From positions 3,964,587 through 4,028,586 of the forward strand of contig CM120648.1 in the NCBI GenBank assembly GCA_051362555.1: a stretch of DNA of 64,000 bases, in the 5' to 3' direction. The translations under genes and the position numbers were made by a program. Numbering within the stretch: the first letter of the stretch is position 1; each line of letters begins with the position of its first letter. This DNA comes from Lingula anatina. Lineage: Eukaryota > Animalia > Brachiopoda. Below the pieces are notes generated by a model. The model did not search any database. It had not been told where the DNA came from and worked only from the letters and a program-made list of their open reading frames with translations. Of this stretch, positions 13,605 to 26,657 are shown in pieces.

Positions 13605-14484
13605 GGAGACGGGGGAGGGGGGGGTTGGGGGGCTCAGAGATTCTTTCTTTAAAGAAAAAGAGACGCCCCTTCCCCACCGACTAGCTTACGGTGTATTTGG
13701 CAACCCCGAGTTTCAGATCCTAGATTTGGACATCCACTAATATCTAGAATGTGAACATTGCTGTACAAAACGTATGGTCTGACTGTTCATGAAGCTCAGG
13801 GTGCTAGCTAGAGTCGGGTTATCAGAATACATGCTGTAAACCCTCATAAAGCAATAAAATAATTCACACCGAATACAATGTTGAAAGAGAGAGAGAGAGG
13901 ATGGTGGGGGATGATGGAGAGAGGGAAAAATAAGAGAGCTAGGTCACAAGCAGTAGACCATACAACAGACTGACATCCCACGCAAAAATAGAGAAAAACT
14001 ACATTCCACTTAAACAATCAACCCTGAAAAGTAAAAAAAAAATAGGTAAGCGATGCGTTCAACTCACCTGACATTGGAACCTGACTTTGGCGCTGTCCTT
14101 AAACACCCTCCAGCGTTCACTAGGGGGGCTGAACGTCGGCATGAGGAACCACTGGTGAGGGAAGTACTGGGCGAACAACCGGTCGAACTCCCCGTGCCAG
14201 ACGATCTCCATGCTGCAAAAAGGATTAAAGGCGTTGCCATCAGGCGTGTACAGGGTGGAAGTCTGGGGATCGAAGGTGAACATTTGGGACACGGTGTCAA
14301 GGGTGGTGTGGGCAGGGCTCGGGAACGTGATGAGGCCCGGGGGGGTGGGAGTACCCCCCGAACCTGAACCCGGCGTGCCAAGGGAGGACACGCTCGCGGG
14401 ACAACCCTGCGAGGACGCCGGATCGTACGGTATGATTTGCAGCACCATGGTCGGCACGGGTTCCACGCAGGCTTTGCCGACCAT
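7586..14484 (-). CDS. RTP-like (receptor-transporting protein family) zf-3CxxC protein, proximal isoform, 250 aa; exons 14484-14068, 8610-8440, 7750-7586
   Basis: Phase-0 GT-AG introns (CAG|GTGAGT, tttaag|GAG, AAG|GTCGGT, ctacag|GTC). The spliced protein has RFQCQECGHGWTS...KLYGQQCNRC...HNAELCQACKDGLC, the RTP-type 3CxxC pattern. An in-frame TAA lies upstream of the ATG at 14484. Confidence 0.92.
9383..9430. promoter_or_regulatory. Cluster of RFX/X-box-like motifs in intron
   Basis: gttgcttggcaat, gttgctatgacagc and attgccaagc within 50 bp. Motif match only. Confidence 0.35.
12976..13143 (-). mobile_element. MITE, same family as 6762-6930, 5-bp TSD CGTTG
   Basis: Reverse-complement near-copy of 6762-6930; cgttg on both flanks. 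Confidence 0.85.
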
Positions 14485-15044
14485 ATTGTAATGGAGCGTC
14501 GTCGCGTTGGTTTGTTTTTAACAGGGATTTTGACGCGGTTCTCTACCGAGGCGGTGAATCTACAGAGTGCTGCCGTATGTTTAAGAATAAAGTCGGATTA
14601 GGCCTATGTTGTGCATAAAATGGAATGATACTCTCCGTTCCGTATTGCGCCTGTCTTTCACTTGAAATATAGTCAAATTATTTGTTATTTCTGTTTTGTC
14701 GATAACACGTGGAAATGGCAAATATCCGTGTTTCACCAGCAGTCATCCACCGTTATCTGTGGGCTCAATTTTATCTTCGGAGTAAAGTTATTACTGTCAA
14801 TCTCCCGACTCGTTTAACTCGTTTCAAATTGCGGAGTCGATTTTATCTCAAACACGATGAAATGTTCTGTCATGTCTTTTTTCTTGGTAGTTTGTTAGTG
14901 CACGTTGGTCAAATAAAAAGAAAAATGTTCGACTCAGACCCGATTTGACTTGATGTCGTGAATGAAAAAATTAAAAAGAGGACGTAGTGCAACTTGAGGT
15001 GATCCCGGACGCCGTCCTTTTCCCTGTGGTTTTGTTCGCGGAAT

Positions 15045-15210
15045 CTGTCGTCTGCTTCACAAATGCTGCCGTTTGCTTCACAGAAGCTGTCGTCTGTTGC
15101 TTCACGAAGAACCAATGCCTGTCTCACAAGGCCTGCCGTCTGCTCGGCTCGAATGAAACTGTCGTCTGAATTTACCACAAGAACTGCCGTGCTTTGGCTG
15201 TCGTCTGCGC
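15045..15210. repeat. Imperfect tandem repeat of a CTGYCGTCTG core (about 7 copies) upstream of the RTP-like ATG
   Basis: Units such as ctgtcgtctgcttcacaaatg / ctgccgtttgcttcacagaag / ctgtcgtctgttgcttcacgaag. Confidence 0.7.
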
Positions 15211-15663
15211 CGCCTCCTCACACAAACCAAAACCGTGCGCTCAGGTTCCGAAGTTAAACGCTAGTGACACGACAAATCCACGTGTTATTACAGGCCCACA
15301 TCTATATTCTGTAAACAGACTGAACGCAGCGCCACTACCGCCGGGTGTCAATCTGCGCAACATCCGCGTCACGATTTCATAACAGTGATGTTCACAACAA
15401 AACAAAAAAGAGGTCCTCTCCTATTAATGAATGTTGATGGCGGTTTCGCCACACGAGATATATAACTACATACAGCAGTTAAGTAACAACTAATGCTTCG
15501 CTGTGTGCGACCGAGGCGCTGGAATGGTCAAAAGTTCGCTCAGTGTCAGTGTCGCAAGGGCCGCACAGTGTGTTCCCGTCTTTTATGTAAACGTATGTCT
15601 TTCTTAATGTGAACTGAACGTTGATGCGCCAACCACAACCAGTATCTTTGATTGTTTAGAGTG

Positions 15664-15683
15664 TTTTATAACCCCTATATATT
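15664..15683 (-). promoter_or_regulatory. Candidate TATA boxes of the proximal RTP-like promoter (another at 15458-15465)
   Basis: TATATAGG and TATAAAA on the - strand ahead of a CpG-rich stretch leading to the ATG at 14484. Confidence 0.35.
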
Positions 15684-16845
15684 ACCACTCAAAGAGAGTC
15701 TGAGTAGGTAGAAGAAGTCCACTTTTTTCAAGGGCTCCGAACCAACAAGATAGGAGATTACGCGATGGTTGAAAACACGCCTCACTCTAAAAAGTTGATT
15801 TTGTCATGGGCATTTTCACTGACAGCCTTTTTTCTTTTATTTTAACATGGACATGGCTATTTTTGATAAAACCGGTCCTCAACTGTTGTGAGAAGCAAGT
15901 ACAGCCAGGGTACGGTAGCACCGGAGCTGCTATGATACATTTTCTATTGTCGTGTCCCAAAGTATGTATTTCTACGTAACTCCCACGCTGACGGGGACAC
16001 TTCTTTTTATTCACAACTGAAAGTGGCAATTTCGTGTTGGGGCGAGGAGCACGATCCATAGTATACAGGCACAGTGCGCGTCCTTTTCAGCACAACTAGA
16101 AATTATTGCAATTGTGTCATGATTCACTAGCATCCGGCTCATATTTGTCAGAGCAAGACAGTGCTGGGGCAAAAGGGCCGCTACGTTCACACACACACAC
16201 GCGCGCACGCGCGTCAAATGTTTCCTTTTTTAGTTACGATTTACCGGTCTGCCACATTTGTACTATTATATTTTCCGAATGATTACATCCCTGTTCGCAG
16301 ACATTATAGAAATTATGAAAATTCCAAAATTCTGAAATAAATGTGCTTTCCAAAGACCCAAGCAAGTCAATAAGAATCTAAAAAGGACCTAGGCCATCCT
16401 TCTGCGTTGGCGGGGCTTTATCTATTCATCACTTTTAGATCAGTTAACACGTTGCCTAAATTATGTTTACTTTGCTACGAAAATTGTGTCAGAGTGTGTG
16501 GTTCATTTCATCGACAGTCACGTCGCTTTACCCGGATCCTATCACGTGGAAACGTGTTTCCATGTCGTTAGAGAGAGAGGCTGATTGTACATAGATTCCC
16601 ACTAAATAATTTCATTTCTGGCTGAACAGATAGATAAAGGGCGAGATAAGGGGCAAAAGTGACCTTTTTACTCCCTTAGTTGACCTAACCTGAGAAATAG
16701 AACCTAGATATATTTTTTAATGCAAAGAGGACCTTTTCCGGTCAAGAGGGGTGTTCTTTCGACCCCACCCCTCCCTAAAGATCATTTCAAATGTCATGTA
16801 GGGTTAATAAAAGACTATAAATATCATTCTCTCTCTCTCACTCTC

Positions 16846-16877
<32 letters not shown>

Positions 16878-17157
16878 TTGGGAAAGGCTTTTAAAATCCT
16901 ATAATAATCTCTCTGTCGAAAAAAACAAAACTTGGAAGACTCATACCTGAACAACGCAGTTTAATACTTATTGATATTATTAGTCGCCCAGCACAATGAA
17001 CAGGCACGCACACAAAGCATATGCTACACGTATTATCTACCCTTGGTTCTAGATTTCTATATTGCCAGCTCGATCTTGATTTCATATATAACCCACATCA
17101 GCAATACTGTAAAGCGAACACACGAAACGGTATAGTGAGCAGGCTAGCTTCAGACTG

Positions 17158-17410
17158 GGTTCCCATCCCTAGATCGATCTAACAGGATCGGTCCATCTCC
17201 AAGGGGTCCCTCGCTTTATTGCTCTCAGCCCAAGCGGCTTAGACGTCTGGGACGCCCACTAAAGCTGCTAAACGATAGTTAGTTACCCCTATCAGCCTCA
17301 GCAGACGTGACAGACATCTGACCCGCCCAAGTTAATTGCAATTAAGCGAGAATCCCCTCGGAGATAGTTCGATCCAAAGTTAGTACGATAGTCTCTGGGA
17401 ATGGTCTCTT
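17158..17410. mobile_element. Palindromic MITE, diverged member of the family at 40469 and 62191
   Basis: Shares tagatcgatc...ggggtccctcgct / gcgagaatcccc...gatcc...ctgggaatg arms with the other copies. Confidence 0.6.
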
Positions 17411-20400
17411 ATAATGGACACTCAGGGTAGTACTATCACGCTTTCGACATAAAAACACCAAAGGTAATTTTTATGTCTATTGTGAGGAGGACTAGAAAAT
17501 TAGAAGTATATTTTCCCATCCAATTTTCATAATGTGTTTACAAAATATCAATGCCACCTTGCGCTGCCTAACAATAAATTCACCAGGAACTTAAAAACGA
17601 ACAAATGAAAAAATAACTGAAAAGAAGAAAAATACTAGCCTTGGGGTAATAGAAATTTCAACAAAGGCATGGGGCTTCTTTTTGTATGTCAGTAGTTAAG
17701 GTCCACCAGCTCTGTGGAGTGGCCGTAACAACACCATCATTACAAATCTCTTTCTGTGTTATTTACGGCCGAAGAGACATATTTATCACGCTAAGTATAG
17801 TTCAGGTGTTAATATCCATAGCTTTTTTTCACGCGGAACAAGAAACGCAATTTTCAATTCAATTAGTGTTTGTGCGTACTGATACCACCTAAGTATTTTC
17901 CTCATAATTACAAGCAGTGACCAGAAGCTATATATTCTACTAAACCTACAGAATAAATAAATAAACCCAGTACAGCAGCATTTCGATATATATATATACA
18001 ATCACCAACAGAAACAAAAAGCGCCCATTACACTTCTTAATCTGTTTATACTGAAAGACAAGTATCTACTATATTAAATTATTTATATATTACTTTTTCC
18101 TTTCTTATACTATGTAAACAAACAGTAGTATAAGAAGTATCACAGACAACCAACAGTGTAAACATTAGACGCTATAAGCTCAATAAAGTTATTATTATTA
18201 TTATTATTATTATAATTATTATTATTATTATTTAATTATTTTTTTTAGAAGTCGTTCAGGACGGAATTAGCTCATTATCTCTTCTACTCACACAGTGTAA
18301 GATTAATTAACTGTGTCGGGAATAACTAATAATACAGTGCGAAATAGTTCAGCTGCCAAAAGAACCGCATATAAAAATGTATTAGTACTGCTGCCATAAA
18401 ATATTGTCAACACATATCCTGTACCTTGTCAAACAATATCTCCACACGCCGAGTCTCTAACGTAATCCAAATATATTAATTTGTCAACATTTATGATTTG
18501 AAACAATTTACGTTTTTATCGCCATGAAAATTGTTTGAATTTAGTAAGGACATGTAATTACCGTAAATTAGCAAGAGTGACTGGAAGTGAACAGAGACAT
18601 GTATGGCACTATATCATATTTGTTTTCCTCTAATTTTCCATTATTTCATGCAGTTTTTCATATCAACGGGCATATTGCAGGCAACCATCATACATATTTT
18701 TTACCGATCTTTTGCAGGTTTTACTATCCTGCGTGATCCCCAATTTTTAAGGGTAGAGACTGCCGCCAATAGTGGCCGCCAAGGGGCACGGAGTGTTTGA
18801 TATGTAGTGCGGGTCACTACGATAATTTTCTGTGCATAAACATCAAATCACATTCTTCTAGTCACACAATTGTTCTTTGTCACAAATATATCATAAATAT
18901 GCGTGATAATTGCTCCTTTTCTCTGACTGGAGACTGCGTATGCAAAATTATTACCCCTTTTTTATAACATCATTTGGCATCTTGTTAGCAGCAGCTCGAT
19001 TTTTTCAATAGCTTAGCATGCAATATGGACACTGTATTCAAAGATGAAAAGTATCCTATTTTTCTCGGAGGAAAAAAGGCATTTTTCCTACTCACACGCC
19101 ATTGCTCTATCCGTACCTGCACGTAGTTTCCATATTTAATATCAATAGTAATTCAATTATTTAGATCTAAATGGCCACCATGGCTTCCTTTGCATCTTAG
19201 AAGAAATCTCGACATCAAGTAAATTTATTTGAGGGGATTTATGGTTTTTTTAATTATAAGTTCGGGATCGGAAATTATAAGTAGAATTACGGCATATGTA
19301 TGCATAGAAAATGTGGCTATTTGACATGTCTAAAAGCATGCATTATACCTTAAATTCCAACGAGTTTAACATGACAAAATAGTCGTTAATACCTTCACCG
19401 GTATGTGAATGGTTTGCCATCTATGTCCCTGTGGCTTTTACATTTTCAGTCAAGGCATACATTTGATATATGTTTCATATTGGCTGGCAAGGTACTTCTG
19501 GGTTGACAAGTTGTCTTTAACAACTCCCTGGCACCGGTTTCCATAGCAATTTCTAGACAACAACCAAAACAGCGGTTTGACAACTTGTTGATATATAACG
19601 TGGCACCGCGTCTGGTGACATGTCTATGAAAATTTCATGAATGTGATAAAGCAACTAGGTGTTTTCAGAGAACACATATTTTCAGAGCACAATCAATTTC
19701 ATTTACTCCGTGTTTCGTGCTCTTGCGACCTGTAAGTTGATTGGCACACTCGCACTAACACGCATGCAAGTTCACATACATGAACACAATATACACGGTT
19801 GGAAAAGATAGTCTCCAATAATATTACCAACAAACAGATGCCCGCTCGTGTATGGTAGGGCCTACTGTTTACCCTCGCCGTTCCCAAAAGTCTCTCTTTC
19901 TCTCTCTTCCTCCCTTCCTCCTCTCTCTCTCTCTCCCTCTCTCTCTCTCTCCCTCAAAGAAAAGCAAGACATCCACCAAGTAAAATACAAAAAGAATATA
20001 TACATGTCGTTGAAACATGAAATCCACGTGAATTGATTTATGTGTTTGTTAACAAACAACAGCCACTGAAAATTACTATTTCATTGTATTACAATGTATT
20101 TCAACCGACCCACCAGGCGCTAGCTTTAAGCGTTAACAAACACTGAATGAAATCATGAATGCTATATGGGGGCTCAGGCATTTTTTTTACAAATAGAGTT
20201 GATCAAACGCATATGTGGGTATATTCGCTTTGATGTTCTTTTCAAAAACATACATCTACCATGACTATATCCACTTCCTTTCTGGATAAAAGGGGACTGA
20301 AAACAGAGGAAAATGCACTTACTTTCCAATATACATGTGAATTTCAAAAAATATTTTCCAGCAGCGATGGGCAAATGGGCTCAGTTCTTGACCCTTCATT

Positions 20401-20605
20401 GGCTACACATATGCAAATGCTAATAAACTGATTTTTCATTAGTTGCAGTTTTTACTTTTTTCCCAGAAGCTGTCTGCTGACCTTGGCTGCAGTACATCCG
20501 TTGCCTGAGACTGAAGCTAAGAGCCCGCGCTTAGCGTATCACATTGAGCATGACGCAACTATCGCAATGCCGCGACAACTACTCGGCGACGTCAAGAAAC
20601 GGAAC

Positions 20606-20616
20606 GGGGTTTCCCC
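20606..20616. promoter_or_regulatory. NF-kB-like site GGGGTTTCCCC in a CpG-rich patch
   Basis: Motif match only; gacgtca lies about 20 bp away. Confidence 0.3.
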
Positions 20617-23326
20617 TATTAATGATGTTATAATATCACCGTATTAAGTAACCGGGGTCACTGTGTTTTCAGTCGTGTTTTTTAAATGGTCACATACTAG
20701 AACTTGTTCAGGTTCATCGGACTCGCAAAGTAATTTATTTATCAGTGTCAGTCCGAAAGGAGTTCTGTCCGCATGCAATATGCATGGGTTGGGACCCTGG
20801 ACATCAGAAGTCAACGGAAAGATGATCAAACTAAGAGAAACTTGACAATACTGGCGTGTGCTATTTCATTATTCAGAATACACATTATCCGAAATACACT
20901 GTACCTACTACTGATATCTAATAATGTTTTTTTTTTATATCATCATCATATTCTGTTATCTCATCTAGTTCAAGAGGTGAAATAACAAAAGCCTGAAAAT
21001 GCTTTTGAAACAAAAGCGAAACGTAGCGTAGCCGTTTCTTTAAAATGTTCCAAAATAAGAGATAGCCATCACTAAAACGTTTATACAAGAACTTGAAACC
21101 ATGGACAACCTAACAGAAAACTTGAACACGAACTACAGTTCCAATTAACGTACAGGATAAAACTGAAACAGTATGAACCCGATCGAGTTCATCATGCAGC
21201 ACGTTATGCAAAAATCAATAACAGGTACACGTGCACTAACAATAATCATAGATCGAACAAAAACAGCGTATGGCGCAATCTTTAGAACTACTGCACTTGT
21301 CTTGCCATTGATTCGGTAGGTACCTTAAGGCGGCTTAAAGGGTATAAATAGACGCTGACCTAACGATCACACTTGGCCAGGGTTACACAGTGCGTCAGAA
21401 CCCTGGACACATCTTGATTCGGGACACTGATGATGCGTTGTTTGTTGTACAAGGGAATATGACACACATTCCCACCTAAGTGGATCGTCAGTTTTGTAAA
21501 ATGTGTATATGTGTACATGTGTAAAATGTGTATATTAGTTTTAATAAAGCGTACGATTTTGCTACACATTGTTATACATTTTAACCGCACAAAGTATTTT
21601 AAAAATTAGAAAAGTTTGTGTGAAAATTGGCGGGGTTGGGGTGGGGTGGGTGGGGGGTGTAAAGCGAATGCCCGTTATTCTTAGTTGTGTCTTTTTTCGG
21701 TATTTCGAGAAACAAAGACAGAGACAAGTACAAAAAATATATTTACGAGATAAATAATGTAGTTAACAAATAATTGTCTAGGAAATGCACACAAAACGTA
21801 ATCAATACTAATTCTAGCTAGGTACGCTAATTCTCTTTATTATGTAAGTCACAGGTTCCCTATCCTTTCAATTCCTGCTTTTCATTTGGTCGATAGCGCT
21901 ACTTGAAGTCGCCATTGGCAGCTTTATAGTATTATCATTCATGAAATAGGAAAGAAAAACTGAATTGTATCGTTCAGTGCATGCGGCAGTAAGAGCTTTA
22001 GGAAGGTCAAATGTTGCATAGGTGATTATTGTCGAACATTTTACAATTCAGTGAATATGTATTCAACGCGGCCTCCTACACTTTTTTTATTCACACAACG
22101 GCAGCGATAAAAATAGAAAACCACCACCCCACCACCAAAAGAAGTTCACACAAAAGGCGGGAAAAGCACTGGTTACAATCTCTGGCAAAGCTGGTGTAAA
22201 ACATGAGCTGTTTCCAAGAATTACTGCAACCCAACCACAATTTTACACAGTGTCATAATGATTTTTTAAGGAACCTACCACAACCAAAGACGCTGTCGGG
22301 TATTTTACATCTGCCTATTGGTCCTGTGTGAAATAAAATAACACACTCACAAAGGATGAGTAATAAAATATTTTTTTAAATCTGGGAACGAATATCATAG
22401 AAAAAAAGGAAGAATAAATAAGCACACCAGTTGCCTGCCCGATACCAATGTCATTCTTTCACAGATGTCCACAACCCGATAATGAAAATCTCAATACCAA
22501 TGTTCGCCAAAAAGTATTTCAGCAGAAGACGAAAAAAAAACGTCAAAAAGTAGAATTAAAATCAAGGAGTTCCAACAAACTCCTTTCTAAAGTAGGCCTA
22601 AGTTAGGCTTCAACTTTGAATCTTCCAAATATCGCATTGACTAATCACAAAGAAAGGCATTTGAAACAGAAGTGAAAAGATGCTCAAATAAGTCGAATAT
22701 GATTAGCAAAAGCATCGAATACGAAACTGATAAACATGAAAGAGTAGAAGGCTGTTCAAGACTACTTTAAAATGCCATTCTGTCTAATAAGTGACAGTGA
22801 GAGGAAATATGTCACTGAACACGAAAAGTGAGTCTTCAGGAGGCACAAGTCGTGACGTTCATATACATATGTCATGCAACGTCTCTATTTTATCAATACG
22901 AAGCGTAAATACACAGAAGTCACCGGAGGTGATGAACTTTGGGTCCCTGTTGATTTTTCGGTTTCGAATTCTCCCAATAACAAATTAATACTACAGGGTG
23001 AATAGACTTCGGTGTAAGACCACACGTCTCCTCAACCTGGTGCCCAGTCCCGTCCATTGCTTGACCAGAGTGACCGTCACTATCTCTATATGGGGGCAAG
23101 GGGGCTGGGTTCCTTCTCACACAATGGTCTTGATAGATAGTTTGTTTTATTTTTACCAACCGGACAAAACTGGACCTCCTAACCTAAGATTCAACATAAC
23201 CTTATGCTGAATCTTCCCTGAGTGTCAGGGCACTGTAAAGTTAGCTTGCTAACTCTTCATACCTTTTCACGGGATAGCTTCACAGTTTTGCTGATATGGG
23301 GTTTATTGAAATCAAGATCGAGCAAG

Positions 23327-23486
23327 ACTGAAATCTAGAACCTAGGGTAGTTGAATCCGAATCAAAACTGAAATCTAGAACCTAGGGTAGTTGAATCCGA
23401 ATCAAAACTGAAATCTGGAACCTAGGGTAGTTGAATCCGAATCAAAACTGAAATCTAGAACCTAGGGTAGTTGAATCCGAATAAAA
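23327..23486 (+). repeat. Minisatellite, 4 x 40 bp (actgaaatctagaacctagggtagttgaatccgaatcaaa)
   Basis: Four nearly identical units. A single-unit inverted homolog with shared flank lies at about 17030-17090. Confidence 0.95.
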
Positions 23487-24587
23487 CCTGAAGTTGTTTC
23501 TTGAATATCCAAATTATTTTTTTTTACATTAAAAAATATCCATTTATATATTTATTCATATATGTTGCTATCATATTTGTCAAATTTCCATGCGTTTATT
23601 GAACTATTTATCAAATCATTTCACTATTTACTTATCTTTTTGAGTTTCCATCAGTGCATCTTTACGCGCAAGACGTTTGTAAACTTAATTTCTCTACCCC
23701 ACACCCTTCTGAAACCCAGATAACAAAATACTGAATTGTCCTTCTAATCTACTGTAGATACTGCGTCGCTTAGGTGAATCATGTATTGGTCATCGACCTT
23801 TGTCAAAAGATTACTAACTGTGTTTGTATTTCCGTTGACTATGTTAACACCTGTTTGGTCTCGATATCGCTTGTAGCACAACAAGTAAAATACACTGACA
23901 ACGAGGCATCCACTGAGGCAATACTTGATAGCTTTGACTGACTGCCACGTGTTGCATATTCACTTTGTCGCTCTATGCGGAAATGTTTACAAACACCGCC
24001 CACAAATGGGTGCACAGGTACGCCTAAGTTTTACTTAATACCACGTGTTATTAAGGCGGATCAAAGGGGCCAAGGAACCCCCTCCCCACCTTTCTCGAAT
24101 TCAAAACTGGTTGTCCCATCTTTAGCAGTCCTCTCACTACCACCCCCGCCACAAAAAAAAAAAAGAAAAAAAAATACCGAAGAAGAGACAGACAAAAGGG
24201 GGGGGGGGAGGTATAGAAATGCGCTCAATGAGCTAATTTCCCTCTCCACTGAACGGACAGAGTCATATTTAATAGAATATCGCTTCAAAACAGGAGAACA
24301 GAATGTTAACAAAAACAAATGGGATTCGGGTATGGATAGAAATAAACGTTTCATAATTTGGGGCAAATTTGCAACACTGAGTAGGTGATGCATGCTTCGG
24401 AGAGATTCACTGCACGTTTATTATCCCTTTTCAGGAAAAGGCCTACACTGGGGCTAAATCCCCCATTTTGCTTTGGAAAACACAGGACCGAAAGATAGCG
24501 AAGAAACCATATTATTTTATAAGAAACGAATTAACCTCCCTTTATCTCTTGAAAGCAAAAACTGAAAAATTCAAAAAACATAATTAC

Positions 24588-24736
24588 CCGACTGCACCTG
24601 GTTTAATGGGGGCGCGAGGATCGCCCGCCTTGGACGACTTTTCTGTGATCTGACCATACACGTGTGCATAGGGGTCCGGCATGGGTACGAGTACCTTACT
24701 CAAGGGAGGACATGACACTTCTGCCGCCTCGGCCAT
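24588..24736 (-). CDS. Predicted variable first coding exon of the RTP-like gene (MAEAAEVSCPPL...PIKPGAVG)
   Basis: TATATA at 24974-24982, Kozak aagATGG, and phase-2 donor GG|GTAATT that is in frame with the acceptor at 14213/14212. In-frame upstream ATGs could extend it. Confidence 0.65.
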
Positions 24737-26623
24737 CTTTTCCTGTTCGCAATTTTGGCTGTTACGAATCTTTTCATAACTTTTTAACTCGGCGACTTTG
24801 TGATCTATGTTAGCACCAATGTCGATCATCAACATAATACTGAATTTCACTCTGCTGCCTTTTAGTATAATAATAATTATAATTGTCCGAATCGTATCCG
24901 TGGCTCATAGCGTTCTGACTTTCCGTGGCTGTCACTTCGCCGGTTGGACTTAGAGTAATTCTGGGCGCGTTCCTATATATATGACCTGGCATCAACATCA
25001 ACATTACTCCTACTATCTGCTCGACCTTTCCTGGAGTTCGTGCGCCTCGCTTGACAATTGACAGCAAGCTCTGTTTACATGTTGCAACCGAATTAAATAA
25101 GGAGAGTCCCCCTTTTTAGGCGTTTCTTAAATTTGGCCCGGGCAGGGAACATTCGATTTATCGGATATCCGTTCCTAGGACGTGTAGCGATTGCTTAATT
25201 TGCTGTTTTAATCCCAAAGAACGTTGCTAGCCTGACTAGCTTGCGCAATATTTCCCGGGCTTCAGGTTTTCATTTTCCATTCATAAATGCACACTTGCCG
25301 CTAGAGGGCATGGAGGAGATCCAGGACAAGCTAATTCCGAGAGCTATTGCGAAATGTTGTAGGGGATTGCGAAATTTTGCAACCTGGGTTTGTTTTGTTT
25401 TGTTTTGACTAATTCGGGTGAATGGTTGATAAGAGTCACATGTTTCTGATGAGGACTTACAAATAAAGTATTTGAACCGGAAGAGAATCGCAAACAGAAA
25501 ATTTCACAGAAATAAAACGGTACATTTCGGACAGGTGTCCTTGACAGAAGCCTACTACCCCGCACAGTTTAAAAAAATTAAAACTGAAACTGTCCCTGGC
25601 TTGAGTGTAACGTTCCATCTCTGTATCACAATGCCAAATTAGGAGATGTACTAGCATTACCAAATCTACAAGTCAAAATTCTAGTAAATAATTATCATAT
25701 AAGATGATTTTATAAACAGGTGGGAATCACAATGTACACATGGACTGCCTGATATTCTAACTGACGCCACGTTTATTTTTGACAACGTTATCAAACTGAA
25801 TTCGACAAACCCTAGAAGGGTCAAGAAAGCCATGGCATCTATCACTAAGATTAACAAATCCATACGTGCACGCAGCGCAAAATATTTTAATGCACTTATC
25901 TATTGTTACGACTGACTGGCTGGAGGACATTCTGAAAGACAGACAGACAGACAGACGAAGACAAATTTGCAGAAAACGCTTTTAAGTAACTTATACAAAA
26001 TCTGAGAGTGGTCTTGTAAAACACATAGCGACCAATGAGCCCTTTTCTGTTTCATCTGCATTTGGACTATCTTCATAATTTTAAGCTTTATTACAAACCA
26101 GACAAATCAGCCTACGCCAACACCAAGAATACCAGGAGCGGAATTGAATAGAGTTCAAACCGCTTGCCACCTACGCTCGTTGTGAAATCGACCAGTGTGT
26201 CACACGGGCGTGTGAATGTGAGGTTGAAAGGCAAAGAAATACACTGTTTGCCGAAATTCCACAAATGACACATCGACAATCGTCACGCAACTACATGTGT
26301 AAGGATCAGGCGAATATATACATATGAATATATACATATGAATATATACATATGAATATATACATGTCAGGGGTGGATCCAGGGTTATTTGAAGAGGGCC
26401 CGGGGGGTCCGCAGATGCAAAGCCGACCATCACCCTCCACCCCAACCCACCTCCCTGGTGTGGGGTTCGGGGCCCGTATTTTAGAGGGCGAACGGTAGGG
26501 TTTAGAACTATGATTCAGCTAGTCAAAATTCTAATTTCAAGAGGGGAATATGAAAGTGATTTTCTTTCACATCGAAATCGAAATCGAAGGGGCGGTGGGA
26601 GTCAGGACCCCCTGACACTGCAT

Positions 26624-26657
<34 letters not shown>

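Noticed and set aside
14053-14491. Several overlapping ORFs on the + strand and in alternative - frames
   Set aside because: Shadows of the GC-rich RTP-like exon.
18150-18240. Possible retroposon 3' tail (gcta...aataaa + (TTA)n)
   Set aside because: No upstream RT remnant, pol III boxes or TSD could be identified.
23327-23486. Regular repeat superficially like a CRISPR array
   Set aside because: Units are head to tail with no unique spacers, there are no cas genes, and the context is eukaryotic.
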